62,090 nt of DNA from Myxococcales bacterium (GTDB taxonomy: Bacteria > Myxococcota_A > Polyangia > JAAYKL01), in assembly GCA_012522445.1 (NCBI GenBank), contig JAAYKL010000028.1:1-62090 (forward strand), written 5' to 3'. Positions 18,467 to 31,284 of the stretch are shown piece after piece. The translations under genes and the position numbers were made by a program. The notes under the pieces are model-generated. The model was given only the letters and a program-made list of their open reading frames with translations. It made no database searches and was not told the DNA's origin. How positions within the stretch are numbered: the stretch's first letter is position 1; each line of letters opens with the position of its first letter.

Positions 18467-19476
18467 ATACCTTGGCCCGGTTTTGCCTCTTCTTTCTCCC
18501 CATTTTTTTGCACACGCTCATCGCGTTGCACGCCGATACGGTCCGCTGTCCTGTTTGCGGACAAGAGTTTGATGATTCCGTGGTCGAGTGTCCCAATGAC
18601 GGCACAAACCTCGCCACCGAAGGGCGCAAGGTCATCCACGCCGAGCGCCCCCTCCCCCGCGACACCGACGATGTCCCCGCCACCGATGCCGACACGCCAG
18701 ATGATGGCGCGCGCTACAAACGCCCAGATGTCTCGGGAACACGCCGCCGCACCACCGCGGTGGCCGACGACGACGACCCGCTCCCTGCGGAGCGCTCTGA
18801 TCGCAAACGCCGCCTCGGCAGCGAACGCCGCCCCGGAGATACCCGCAACGAAGAACAGCGCCAGCGGGCCGCCCGCGAACGCCAGGAGCGCGAGCAATTT
18901 ACCGCCGCAAATGAGGCCATCTGGCGGGAGTATGCACAAGCGCAGGAGGCCTGGCAAAACACCCAACGCCTGGCCGCCGAGGAAGCAGAGACCGAGCGGA
19001 GACGCGAGGCCGAAAAACAATGGAATGCACTGTGGCGGCGCGGCGCGCCCCTCACCTCCTTGGGCGCGCGCTTGTGGTGGATGAAAGAGGGAAATAGCCC
19101 CGGCCCAACCTACGGTGCCGAACTGGGCGCCAACATATTGCGCGATCGCATTCGCCTGGGGCTCTCATCCTTTTTGGGGACGCGCGCATTGACCACACGC
19201 CACGAGTTTGTCTTCTTCGAGTCGCTCAATGTGGGCTTGCAATACCCTTGGCGTTTTGCGCCCTGGGTGGTAGCGCGCATGGGAATCGGTGCCACCGTGG
19301 CCCACCGCTTCGGCAACCACACTCCTTATCTCTTGCGCGGCTTTGGCGTAGAAGCGGGCATCGACTGCCGCATACACCCCCACTTTGTGCTGTCGCCATC
19401 GCTGGGCTTTATGCATTACGGCATACAGGATGCCAACTGGAACACCGCCGCGTTTCAATTGGCCATCGGATTTTAA
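18463..19476 (+). CDS. Exported protein with a Cys-motif, a highly charged Arg/Glu-rich coiled-coil segment and a C-terminal OMP-type beta-barrel domain ending in Phe
   Basis: GTG start overlaps the upstream stop (GTGA). Signal peptide present. CPVCGQEF..ECPNDG motif. ERRREAEKQW coiled region. C-terminus ...AAFQLAIGF is typical of beta-barrel OMPs. Confidence 0.55.
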   Translation: MNTLARFCLFFLPIFLHTLIALHADTVRCPVCGQEFDDSVVECPNDGTNLATEGRKVIHAERPLPRDTDDVPATDADTPDDGARYKRPDVSGTRRRTTAVADDDDPLPAERSDRKRRLGSERRPGDTRNEEQRQRAARERQEREQFTAANEAIWREYAQAQEAWQNTQRLAAEEAETERRREAEKQWNALWRRGAPLTSLGARLWWMKEGNSPGPTYGAELGANILRDRIRLGLSSFLGTRALTTRHEFVFFESLNVGLQYPWRFAPWVVARMGIGATVAHRFGNHTPYLLRGFGVEAGIDCRIHPHFVLSPSLGFMHYGIQDANWNTAAFQLAIGF

Positions 19477-19490
19477 TTCTGGAGGTCGCT

Positions 19491-21292
19491 TGATCCCAAA
19501 CGACAAAATCGCCGAAATCCGCGAACGCGCCGACATCGTTGAAATCATCAGCGAATATGTATCCCTGACAAGAGCTGGGGCCAACTTCAAATCCGTCTGC
19601 CCCTTTCACGCCGACAGCGATCCGTCTTTCAACGTCAACCCAGCGCGACAGTTTTTTCATTGTTTTGGCTGCGGGGTTTCCGGCGATGTGTTTTCATTTT
19701 TACAGCGCATCGAAGGATTGCAATTTGTCGAAGCCGCACGGCGATTGGCCGATCGATACAGCATTGAACTGCCCGTCCACCAAGTCTCGAACGCGGCACG
19801 CACCGCCCGTGAACGCGAAAACGAAGAGCGTGCCCGACGCCTCCACATCCTCGAAAGCGCCACCCAGTTTTTCGAAGATTTCCTTCACGCACCGAACGGC
19901 GCTCCGGGACGCGACTTCCTCGAAAAGCGCCACATCTCCATGGATGCGGCCCGCCGCTTTCGCCTCGGCTTTGCCCCGGATGCTTGGCAAGACCTCATCG
20001 AACACATGGCCAAACAGCGCATCTCCCTAAAGGAACTCATCGACGTTGGGCTGGCCCTGCCGCGCAAAAACGCCTCGGGCGGCTACGACCGCTTTCGCAA
20101 CCGCCTGGTGTTCCCCATCCTCGCCTCCGCCGGACATCCCATTGCTTTCTCAGCGCGGGCCATGCCCGGAGACGACTCTGGTGCGAAATACATCAACTCC
20201 CCGGAGACGCGCGAGTACACCAAGGGGAAAGTGCTCTTTGGGCTGCACCAAGCGCGCGTGGCCCTGAGCAAGCACCGGGAGGGCATCCTCGTCGAAGGCA
20301 ATTTTGACGTGGTGGCCATGTCGAGCGCGGGGTTCGAAAACGTCGTCGCACCGCTGGGAACAGCCTTTACCGCCGATCACGCCGCCTTGTTGCGGAGGCG
20401 CGTTGAAAAAATCACCGTGATGTTCGACGGCGATCGCGCAGGCCTCACCGCCGCCGCTCGCTCCTTTCTCGTTCTCGCCAAAGCCGGCCTCGCAGCTTAC
20501 ACCGCGCCGCTGCCACCGGGCGAAGACCCCGACTCGCTCTTGCAAACCCAAGGACCGGAGGCCGTCGCAGCGCTGCTCAAAAATCCCCGGGGATTGCTCG
20601 ACGAAATCATCCGCTCCTCGGCCCACGCCTCCGATGGCTCCGCACAGGATGTGGCACGTCGCGTGGCGCGCCTCGCCGCCTATCTCGACGCGCTTCCCAC
20701 CCCCATGGAGCGAGATATATATCGCCAAAAGATCGCCGCTTCCTTTCAGTTGGATCCCTCGCTGGTGTTTCGATACCTGCGCACGGATACCCCGCCGGTC
20801 CCCGCTGCGTCTGCTGCCAAGGCCAGCGAGCCCGGCACCCTCGAAGAGCGCGAAATCATCGGACTGATGCTAGATGTTCCCGAGCTCACCCCCACCATCG
20901 AAGAGATCGGCGTGTTGGTGTACTTTCACACCGAACCCCTGCGAAAAATTGCCAACCACCTGCTGTACGCCAAACACAGCACCAGCTCTGAAGTGGCCAA
21001 CATTATGAATCAGGACGATGGGACCCCAGAGATGCGCTGGTTTGCCCAGCGAGCCCTCCACCGGATTTATACCAACGAGGATACCGGCCAGCAGGCGTTG
21101 CGGGATGTTCACGCGCGCATGCAAGAGCAGCGCATGGCCCAGCAAGTCGCCGAAATAGACCGGCAAATCAACCGCGCCAAACAGCAACGCGACGACATGA
21201 TGGTGTTTTCGCTATTAAAGAAACGCGCCGAAATACAGAAAGAAATGCAGGAAATACGCCTAGCTTTTGACAAAACACATTTCAAGCATTAA
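19491..21292 (+). CDS. dnaG: DNA primase
   Basis: CHC2 zinc finger [32 protein letters not shown] domain EGNFDV...DGDRAG. Probable TTG start at 19491 ([20 protein letters not shown]) after GGAGG. Confidence 0.9.
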
Positions 21293-21314
21293 AGGCACTC
21301 TGAAGGAAGTGTGC

Positions 21315-23174
21315 ATGAAAAACAACAACGATCAAAAACAGTCTGTACAGCAACTCATCGAACTGGGCAAAGCCAAGGGCTTTCTCACCTACGAAGAAGT
21401 CAACAAGTTCCTGCCCGAAGATTCTGTTTCCACCGATGAAATCGATGAATTGCTCGACACGCTAAATAAAGAACAAATCGACGTCATCGATCACAAAGAG
21501 AAAAAACACGCCAAGCCCCAATCCGATGACCCCGACAGCCCCGATCGATTCTTCACGCCAGAGATCAGCGACACCAAGGAAAGCAGCCAGTTTTCAAAAA
21601 CGAACGATCCGGTGCGGATGTATCTGCGCAAGATGGGCTCGGTTTGCCTGCTCACCCGAGAAGGCGAAGTCGAAATCGCAAAGCGCATCGAACAGGGGGA
21701 CCAACAAGTCCTCGACGTCATTTTGCATTCCAACATTTCTGTGCCCGACATCATCGGTTTCGTCGACGCTGCCACCGAAATGCTCGCCGCAGCCTGCGAT
21801 CCCGACGACAGCGATGAAGACGACGACGATGACGACGATGACGATGTGGGCACCACCACCACCACGCTCTCCTCTGACGACGATGACGACGACGCCAGCG
21901 AGGCCGAAAGCTTTTCCAACTTCGAAGAAAACGAAGTCTCCACCGAAGAGGCTGACCGGCGCTTTATCGATAACATCGAAATTCTCAAAGAGCTCAACAT
22001 CGAAATTCAAAAATGCTCCGACATGTTGCGCGGCTCTCACAAACTCACCGAAAAGAAGCGCGACCAACTCAAAGCCCACATGTTGGAGATGCAGCTCAAA
22101 AAGAAGAACCTGCTGGTGGCGCAAAGTGTGAGCAAAAACCAAATCCAACGCGTGGTCACGCGGATGAAGAGCTACATCCGCCGTGTCGAAACAGCCGAGG
22201 CCGAAATCCACGCCTGCGAAAAAGCCACGGGGATGACCTCCCGCGACATCCGCCGCGTTGTGCGCGAACACAACGCCGGAAAAACCATCGACCCCAAGAC
22301 GCGCAAAATTATTGACGAACTACAGGCCATCGACGAGCGCATCCGGCTCTCGGAAAAAAACCTGCGCAACGTCGAAGAAGAGGTCAACCTCGACCTCAAA
22401 ACACTGCGCGAAATTTACCAGCGCATCCACGAAGGCGAACGCCGGGCCGAACGCGCCAAAGCCGACTTGGTCGAAGCCAACTTGCGCTTGGTCGTCTCCA
22501 TCGCCAAAAAATACACCAACCGCGGCCTGCAATTTCTCGATTTGATTCAAGAGGGCAACATCGGCCTCATGAAAGCCGTCGATAAATTCGAATATCGCCG
22601 CGGCTACAAATTCTCCACCTATGCCACGTGGTGGATTCGCCAAGCCATCACCCGGGCCATCGCCGATCAGGCGCGCACGATCCGCATTCCCGTTCACATG
22701 ATCGAAACCATCAACAAGCTCATCCGCACCAGCCGTTATCTCGTGCAGGAGATGGGCCGCGAACCCACGCCAGAGGAAATTGCCGAACGCATGGAGCTCC
22801 CCCTCGACAAAGTGCGCAAGGTCCTCAAAATCGCCAAAGAACCCATCAGCCTCGAGACCCCCATCGGCGAAGAAGAAGACAGCCATCTCGGCGACTTCAT
22901 CGAAGACAAGGGCGTGGTCTCGCCGGCCGATGCCGTGATCGGACTCAACCTCTCAGAGCAGACCCGGCGCGTGCTCAAAACCCTGACCCCCCGCGAAGAA
23001 AAAGTACTGCGCATGCGCTTTGGCATTGGCGAGAAATCCGATCACACCCTCGAAGAGGTCGGCCAAGACTTTGAGGTCACCCGTGAACGCATCCGCCAAA
23101 TTGAGGCCAAGGCCCTGCGAAAATTGCGCCACTCCTCCCGCTCCAAACACCTCAAGAGCTTTATCGAATCTTAG
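21315..23174 (+). CDS. rpoD: RNA polymerase primary sigma factor sigma-70
   Basis: Regions 1.2 to 4.2 are conserved ([24 protein letters not shown] ... [29 protein letters not shown]). It carries a large poly-Asp acidic insert. Confidence 0.9.
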   Translation: MKNNNDQKQSVQQLIELGKAKGFLTYEEVNKFLPEDSVSTDEIDELLDTLNKEQIDVIDHKEKKHAKPQSDDPDSPDRFFTPEISDTKESSQFSKTNDPVRMYLRKMGSVCLLTREGEVEIAKRIEQGDQQVLDVILHSNISVPDIIGFVDAATEMLAAACDPDDSDEDDDDDDDDDVGTTTTTLSSDDDDDDASEAESFSNFEENEVSTEEADRRFIDNIEILKELNIEIQKCSDMLRGSHKLTEKKRDQLKAHMLEMQLKKKNLLVAQSVSKNQIQRVVTRMKSYIRRVETAEAEIHACEKATGMTSRDIRRVVREHNAGKTIDPKTRKIIDELQAIDERIRLSEKNLRNVEEEVNLDLKTLREIYQRIHEGERRAERAKADLVEANLRLVVSIAKKYTNRGLQFLDLIQEGNIGLMKAVDKFEYRRGYKFSTYATWWIRQAITRAIADQARTIRIPVHMIETINKLIRTSRYLVQEMGREPTPEEIAERMELPLDKVRKVLKIAKEPISLETPIGEEEDSHLGDFIEDKGVVSPADAVIGLNLSEQTRRVLKTLTPREEKVLRMRFGIGEKSDHTLEEVGQDFEVTRERIRQIEAKALRKLRHSSRSKHLKSFIES

Positions 23175-23301
23175 TCCGCCACGCCTCTTTCCGCGCTGCG
23201 CTGCGCAGCAATTGCCAACGCAACACAGGGCCGCCTCAGCCATCACAGCATTACATTGTTGAAAGGTGGATACGAGAGGTGTGACAGGAGAACGCTTAGG
23301 C

Positions 23302-24627
23302 TTAGGACTTCTTGGGAACGCCTTCGCCGTAATAATCGAGGCCCAGGTGGGTGATGAGGTCTTCTCCGGCCATCCAGCGCAGGGTGTTTTTGAATTTGAC
23401 CTTTTGAATGAACAGGTCGTGTTCGGGATACAAGCCGGTGGCGGTTTGGGGCGTCTTGTAAAAGAAGCTCAACCACTCTTGCACGCCGTAGAAACCTGCC
23501 CGCGCGGCCAGATCGGTGAACACCGCCAAATCCGCTACGATGGGCGCCGCAAGAATGGAATCGCGGCAGAGGAAGTCGACCTTGATCTGCATGGGATAGC
23601 CGAGCCATCCAAAGATATCGATGTTGTCCCAACCCTCTTTTTCATCGCCGCGCGGCGGGTAATAGTTGATCCGCACTTTGTGATAAATATCGCTAAAGAG
23701 TTCGGGGTACACTTTTTCGTTAAAAATGGGGGGCAACACGCCCGCCTTGGAGACCTCTTTGGATTTGAATGAACCGGGATCGTCCAACACCTCCCCGTCT
23801 CGGTTGCCGAGGATGTTGGTGGAAAACCATCCCTTCACTCCCAGCAAGCGGTTGGCCAGTCCGGGCGCGATAATGGTTTTCATCAACGTTTGCCCTGTCT
23901 TGAAATCCTTGCCAGAGATGGGGGTCTTCATGCGGTGCGACAACTCCACCATGGCGGGGATGTCCACGGTCAGGTTGGGCGCGCCATTGGCGTATCCCGC
24001 TTTTTCCATCAACGCGGCGTACGCGTAAAGTTGCGAGGGCGCGATCGAGGGGTCGTTGGCATCCAGGGCTTTTTCGAAGGCATCAATCGATTGATGGGCC
24101 GGGCCGGGATCGGCGTAAACCTCTGTGGATGCCGCCCAGACCACAACCACGCGATCTACTTTTTTGCGGAACTCTCGGATGTCCGCCCGCAGGGCCTCGG
24201 CCATTTCGCGGCGGGTGCCGGTCTTCACGTGGGTGCCATTTAGCCGTTTGACATAGTTGACATCAAAGGCGCCCGGCAGCGGTTTCAAGGCGACCAGCTC
24301 GTCTTTTACTTTTTCCAAGTCCGCGTCTTTTAACACTGCGGCTGCCTTGGCCGCCTCATACGCGTTGTCCGGAAAGATGTCCCATGCGGCCAACTCGATG
24401 TCTTGGGGCATGGCCAGCGGCAACAACTCATTGAGCTTTACGAAGCGATTGTCGGTGCGCTTTCCGAGGCGCGCCGTACCCATCCAAGCCTGGCACCCAA
24501 TGGGTTTGGCCAGGTCTTTGCGGATCATGTACAAACCGGTGACAAAGGTGGTGCTAACCGCCCCCAAACCAACCAGCATGATGCCGAGTTTTCCTTTATT
24601 GGGCGCAATTTCTAGTTTTTGAGGCAT
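23302..24627 (-). CDS. ino1: myo-Inositol-1-phosphate synthase
   Basis: Full-length MIPS fold (GIMLVGLGAVSTTFVTGLYMIRKDL ... NGAPNLT ... SKAGVLPP...). RBS AAGGA. Confidence 0.85.
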   Translation of the reverse strand: MPQKLEIAPNKGKLGIMLVGLGAVSTTFVTGLYMIRKDLAKPIGCQAWMGTARLGKRTDNRFVKLNELLPLAMPQDIELAAWDIFPDNAYEAAKAAAVLKDADLEKVKDELVALKPLPGAFDVNYVKRLNGTHVKTGTRREMAEALRADIREFRKKVDRVVVVWAASTEVYADPGPAHQSIDAFEKALDANDPSIAPSQLYAYAALMEKAGYANGAPNLTVDIPAMVELSHRMKTPISGKDFKTGQTLMKTIIAPGLANRLLGVKGWFSTNILGNRDGEVLDDPGSFKSKEVSKAGVLPPIFNEKVYPELFSDIYHKVRINYYPPRGDEKEGWDNIDIFGWLGYPMQIKVDFLCRDSILAAPIVADLAVFTDLAARAGFYGVQEWLSFFYKTPQTATGLYPEHDLFIQKVKFKNTLRWMAGEDLITHLGLDYYGEGVPKKS

Positions 24628-24786
24628 ATTTTTTCCTTTCAGCAAAATAACAGTCCCCAACCAATGCAAATGCCGAAGCGTTTGTATTCGCGATCGATAA
24701 AAATGGAAAGGAATATGTTGTCACACATCGTCGCGAGCAACCGGATGGCAAAAGAAGTTGGGCGGAAATAATGGGGCGAGATTTTC

Positions 24787-25197
24787 TTATTTCTCTTGTC
24801 GCTTCGGCACCATTGTACCGTTGATTTGATGACTAATATTGACGCACTCCGCCATATCGGCGTGCTTCACGTATTCAAAGCCCAAGGGCAGCAGATAGGC
24901 GTCGCCATCCGCACCCACGATGCGCACGTCGAACAGCCCTTCTGTGGCATTGGGCGGCGCAATGGCCCAATGCTCGCCAGCACGCGTCACCCCCGTTTTC
25001 TGGGCGCGCTTGTTGCCAAAATACACCGTGAGGGTTCCCATTTCCTCGAGGTTGGTGCCCCGGATGAACACCATGTCGCCACCTCGTGTCAGGCCAAATG
25101 TAGGCGAGATACCCGTTACCGCTGGCTCCGCCGTGCTACAGGCCCACGGCAGGGCAAAAACGAGAACCAAGAAACCATATCGTAAAAAGCGTCTCAT
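24787..25197 (-). CDS. IPT/TIG-domain lipoprotein
   Basis: Lipobox LPWACS plus an Ig-like IPT fold (PAVTGISPTFGLTRGGDMVFIRGTNL...VYFG). Confidence 0.5.
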   Translation of the reverse strand: MRRFLRYGFLVLVFALPWACSTAEPAVTGISPTFGLTRGGDMVFIRGTNLEEMGTLTVYFGNKRAQKTGVTRAGEHWAIAPPNATEGLFDVRIVGADGDAYLLPLGFEYVKHADMAECVNISHQINGTMVPKRQEK

Positions 25198-25268
25198 ACT
25201 TACTAAGAGCCAATGAGACGCCCTTTGGTGTCGCAAGGGACGGCATCAAACGCCGCAAACAGCGAGAA

Positions 25269-26171
25269 TTATAGGGGTTCGCAGGAAATGCGCTGCAGCA
25301 AGCTGTGGCTTTCGCCGGGAAGGATGCGCCGCTGATCGTCGAGGGCGTTGGTGGCCTCCACACAGACAAAGCGCTGGTGCCCGCCGGGCTCCATATCCGA
25401 CATTTTGGCGGCGAGTGCCGCACCGGGGTTCCACACCACGGTCGTTTGCGAGCCTTCTTTCTCAATGCGGATGCGCCGCTGCAACGCGGGGTCGACAACC
25501 CAACAAGTGGCAGCCGTGTCGAGATAAACGCGGTCCAACTCTGGACCAAAGGAGATGGGGCCGTTTTGCAGGGCGCGTGTCCCCCCTGCGACGTCGTCTT
25601 GATAATGGCCGCCTTCAAGCCCTATCACCGTGGCCGTGTGGATATCCCCCACCGCAAAGTAGGTGTGCAATGCCTGCGCGACGACAAAGGGCGTGTCGGA
25701 GCGGTTGACGGTTTGCAACGCCATCTCCAGAACCTCGCCCAGGCGGATCGTCAGACGCACATCCACCGGATGGGGCCAATGGGGGAAAACGCCCGCATCG
25801 CCAACGAGCGCGAAACACACCGTGGTGTACGCGCTGCCGCAAGAGGCCTCTTCTAAGCGCCAGAGGGATCTCCGGGCGAAGCCGTGGGCATACGCCGCGG
25901 CATCACTGGGGTGCGCGTTGAACCAAGGCCAACACACCGGCACACCGCCGCGCACCGGCACGCCGGATTGAAAGATCGATTTTTGGCTTGTAAAGAGAAC
26001 CTCCGCCGCGTTTTTGGGCGCCCAGCTCAATATGTGCGCACCGTGAAAGGCCACGGCAGCGGTGCAATGCGCGGTGTCGACGTGCAACACAGGTCCACTG
26101 TCCAACTGCGAAAAAGACAACCCCGGACCGCCAAACCGCTCGCGAAGCTGCGGCAACAAATCACCTGACAT
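25269..26171 (-). CDS. Aldose 1-epimerase family protein (D-hexose-6-phosphate mutarotase-like)
   Basis: YeaD-like motifs. Strong RBS AAGGAGG 7 nt upstream. Confidence 0.75.
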   Translation of the reverse strand: MSGDLLPQLRERFGGPGLSFSQLDSGPVLHVDTAHCTAAVAFHGAHILSWAPKNAAEVLFTSQKSIFQSGVPVRGGVPVCWPWFNAHPSDAAAYAHGFARRSLWRLEEASCGSAYTTVCFALVGDAGVFPHWPHPVDVRLTIRLGEVLEMALQTVNRSDTPFVVAQALHTYFAVGDIHTATVIGLEGGHYQDDVAGGTRALQNGPISFGPELDRVYLDTAATCWVVDPALQRRIRIEKEGSQTTVVWNPGAALAAKMSDMEPGGHQRFVCVEATNALDDQRRILPGESHSLLQRISCEPL

Positions 26172-26530
26172 GGGCTAACCTCCTTGGCGATATCGCTTCC
26201 CAATCGCGCCATAGTGGAACAGGTGTCGAAAAAAATCCAGGAGACTCCGCCCAAACCGCAGCCGCGCAGCGATGCACCGGCGCCAGCACGCAAACGCACC
26301 ACGCGATAGAGCGGTGCGCGAAACGCTGCCAAGGCGATTTTACCGGCGCCAGCGAATCTTTGCAGCGGCGCAAATACAAATGCATTTCAGGTTGTTGACA
26401 AGCGACAATAGCAGTGCTAAACGCACTCCCAGTTTCCGGTGCGAACCGAAGGCCCCACGGCAATGCAAGGGGCATGCGGGCCCGGGAGTTATGCTACTCC
26501 TGCCATCCCGCGGTGAACACCGCATCCGAT

Positions 26531-26602
26531 TGGGACGTAGGCTAATGGTATGCCCCAGGTTTTTGGTACCTGTCATTGTAGGTTCGAATCCTACCGTCCC
26601 AA
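26531..26602 (+). tRNA. tRNA-Gln (anticodon TTG)
   Basis: TGGGACGTAGGCTAATGGTATGCCCCAGGTTTTTGGTACCTGTCATTGTAGGTTCGAATCCTACCGTCCCAA. Has the U1:A72 pair typical of bacterial tRNA-Gln. Confidence 0.8.
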
Positions 26603-26668
26603 CTATTTTACCCATGCAGTAACCCACTCTTTCCAAAGTTACCAACGCGCTTATTTAAGGAGCCTGAC

Positions 26669-27631
26669 ATGATTGATTCCCGCCCTTTTCGCTTAATCTC
26701 CGGGACTGCCAACCTGCCCCTCGCCGAAAAGATCAGTCAATCCTCGGGCATTCCCCTTTGTCGACGCACCATCAAGCGCTTTTCCGACGGTGAAATCTTT
26801 GTGCAAATCGAAGAAACCGTCCGCAGCTCCGATATCTACATCATTCAGCCCACCTGCCCGCCGGTGAACGACAACCTCATGGAGCTGCTCATTATGATCG
26901 ACGCGCTGAAGCGCAGCTCGGTGGGCAACATCACCGTTGTCATGCCCTATTACGGCTACTCGCGCCAAGACCGCAAGGTCTCGCCCCGCACGCCCATCAG
27001 CGCCAAGCTCGTCGCCGATCTCCTCACCCGGGCCGGCGTCAACCGCATGGTGGCCCTCGACTTACACGCCGGTCAAATCCAGGGTTATTTCGACATCCCC
27101 TTCGACAATCTCTACGGCCTAGAAGTGCTGTGCAACCACATAGGACAACAGGTCATTAAAGACCTCGTCATCGTCTCTCCCGACGCCGGTGGCGTATTGC
27201 GCGCCCGGGCCTTTGCCCAGCGATTGCACGCCAATCTCGCCATTATCGACAAACGCCGCCCGCGCCCCAATGAGTCGGCAGTCATGCACATCGTCGGCGA
27301 CGTCGCCGACTACAACTGCATCATCGTAGATGACATGGTCGACACTGCGGGAACCCTGTGCAACGCCGCTGCCGCCATCAAAGCCGCCGGCGCCAAAAGC
27401 GTCATGGCCGCCATCACGCACGGTGTGCTCTCCGGCCCCGCCATCGAACGCCTCGCTGCGTCGCGGCTCGACAAGCTCTTTATCACCGACACCATCCCCC
27501 TCTCCAAGGAGAAGCAAACACAGGCGCGCATCGAAGTGGTCTCCTGCGCCCACTTGCTGGGCGAAGCCATCAAACGCATTCATCAGGGCGACACCCTGAG
27601 CACCCTGTTTCACCAAAACGACGAAAGCTAA
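26669..27631 (+). CDS. prs: Ribose-phosphate pyrophosphokinase (PRPP synthetase)
   Basis: Canonical Prs sequence throughout. RBS TAAGGAG. Confidence 0.9.
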   Translation: MIDSRPFRLISGTANLPLAEKISQSSGIPLCRRTIKRFSDGEIFVQIEETVRSSDIYIIQPTCPPVNDNLMELLIMIDALKRSSVGNITVVMPYYGYSRQDRKVSPRTPISAKLVADLLTRAGVNRMVALDLHAGQIQGYFDIPFDNLYGLEVLCNHIGQQVIKDLVIVSPDAGGVLRARAFAQRLHANLAIIDKRRPRPNESAVMHIVGDVADYNCIIVDDMVDTAGTLCNAAAAIKAAGAKSVMAAITHGVLSGPAIERLAASRLDKLFITDTIPLSKEKQTQARIEVVSCAHLLGEAIKRIHQGDTLSTLFHQNDES

Positions 27632-27681
27632 CACCGCCAGCCACCCCATGCCTCTGCTGGCCTCAACAAAAAGGTAAGACT

Positions 27682-28299
27682 ATGGAATTCATCAACCTGA
27701 CCGCAACACTTCGCAAAGCGCGTGGCAAAGGCCCTTCCAGGCGACTGCGCACCGCCAATATGGTGCCCGCTGTTGTCTACCAAAGAGGCAAAGAAACCCA
27801 AGCCATCATCCTCTCTCCCACCGAGCTGGTGCACGCCCTGGCAGGCCCTCTGAGGGTCAACACGCCCTTGCAACTCACCATCAAAGACGGCGACAAGGAC
27901 GTACAACAAAACCTCGTCGTCGTCCGCGATCACCAATACGACCCCGTGACGCGACAATTGTTGCACGTGGATTTTCTCGCCATTGAGAAAGACACCATCA
28001 TTGACGTTCTGGTTCCCTTCAGCACTTCGGGGCGCTCTGCCGGTCAGCAAATGGGCGGCATGCTGGTGAAAAAATATCGCGAATTGCCGATCTCTTGTCC
28101 GCCCACCGCCATTCCCGCCTCCATCAACGTCGATGTGACACCGCTCAAAATCGACGATGAAATACAGGTGAAGGACTTGGTGCTGGACGCGGCCGTAACC
28201 GTTCGCATGCCAGAGGGCACCGTTCTCGTCGTGGTCAACCCCACACGTGACGTGGCTGCCGACGCAGAGGACGAAGAAAAGAACAACAGCGCGCACTAG
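27682..28299 (+). CDS. rplY: 50S ribosomal protein L25 / general stress protein Ctc
   Basis: MEFINLTATLRKARGKGPSRRLR... N-terminal L25 domain plus the Ctc C-terminal extension. The ORF-track start at 27358 is an upstream extension. Confidence 0.85.
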   Translation: MEFINLTATLRKARGKGPSRRLRTANMVPAVVYQRGKETQAIILSPTELVHALAGPLRVNTPLQLTIKDGDKDVQQNLVVVRDHQYDPVTRQLLHVDFLAIEKDTIIDVLVPFSTSGRSAGQQMGGMLVKKYRELPISCPPTAIPASINVDVTPLKIDDEIQVKDLVLDAAVTVRMPEGTVLVVVNPTRDVAADAEDEEKNNSAH

Positions 28300-28332
28300 C
28301 CCGTTGGTGCTCCCCCACTCCCCCAATTGCCC

Positions 28333-28913
28333 ATGGAAAAAACATGGTTGGTGGCGGGGCTTGGCAACCCCGGCATTAAGTACGAAAAAACGCGCCACAA
28401 CATCGGTTTCATGATTGTCGATCAGCTACATGCATCGGCGGGCATGGTGACCTGGCAAGAGAAATTTTCGGCGCACGTGGCCAAAACGCGCTATGAGGGA
28501 AATTCACTGGTGTTACTCAAACCCCAAACCTACATGAATCTCAGTGGCCGCAGCCTGGCCCGCGCCGCGCATTTCTGGCAAATTCCCCCCGCGCAAACCA
28601 TTGTGATTCACGATGAGTTGGACTTGCCCTTTGGACACCTCCGCATCAAGAACGGCGGAGGACACGGCGGGCACAATGGCATCGCCTCCTGTGCACAAGA
28701 GCTCGGGACCGCCGATTTTGTCCGCGTCCGCGTGGGCATCGACAGACCGCGCTTTGGCACGGCGACCCAATGGGTCCTCGAAAAATTTTCGACCGATGAA
28801 GAAATTGAATTAGACGGTGTGATCGCAGATGCCTCAGATGCCACCGTCAGCATCATTCGCCTGGGTATCATCCGCGCGATGAACCAGTTCAATCAAAAAA
28901 AAGGAGAACCAAA

Positions 28914-28917
<4 letters not shown>
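28333..28917 (+). CDS. pth: Peptidyl-tRNA hydrolase
   Basis: [14 protein letters not shown]...HNGIAS active-site motifs. The stop overlaps the hppA start (ATGA). Confidence 0.9.
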
Positions 28918-31034
<2,117 letters not shown>

Positions 31035-31284
31035 TCCCCGCATTCGTCCATAATCCCCCGCATTCGCCCGCAATCCCTCAGCGCCCAAACGGTGCCCAAA
31101 TCCCTGCAAATCCCGACGCATACACGGGCGCATTGTCTCTCTTTGTATCACCTCCGGATTTGTAACCACGCCCATGCCCGCTGTGACAATATTTTCTGGA
31201 ATCCCGCGCCAATTGACTTTGCACTGTGGCGTTGATGTGTTAGCAAACCGGGTCTCGCAGCCCTGATAGCGAGCGGAGAAGCCC

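Noticed and set aside
26340-26645. 101-aa ORF on the minus strand between the epimerase gene and prs
   Set aside because: It is the antisense of tRNA-Gln (GFEPT... is the reverse-translated T-arm). It has no RBS or signal.
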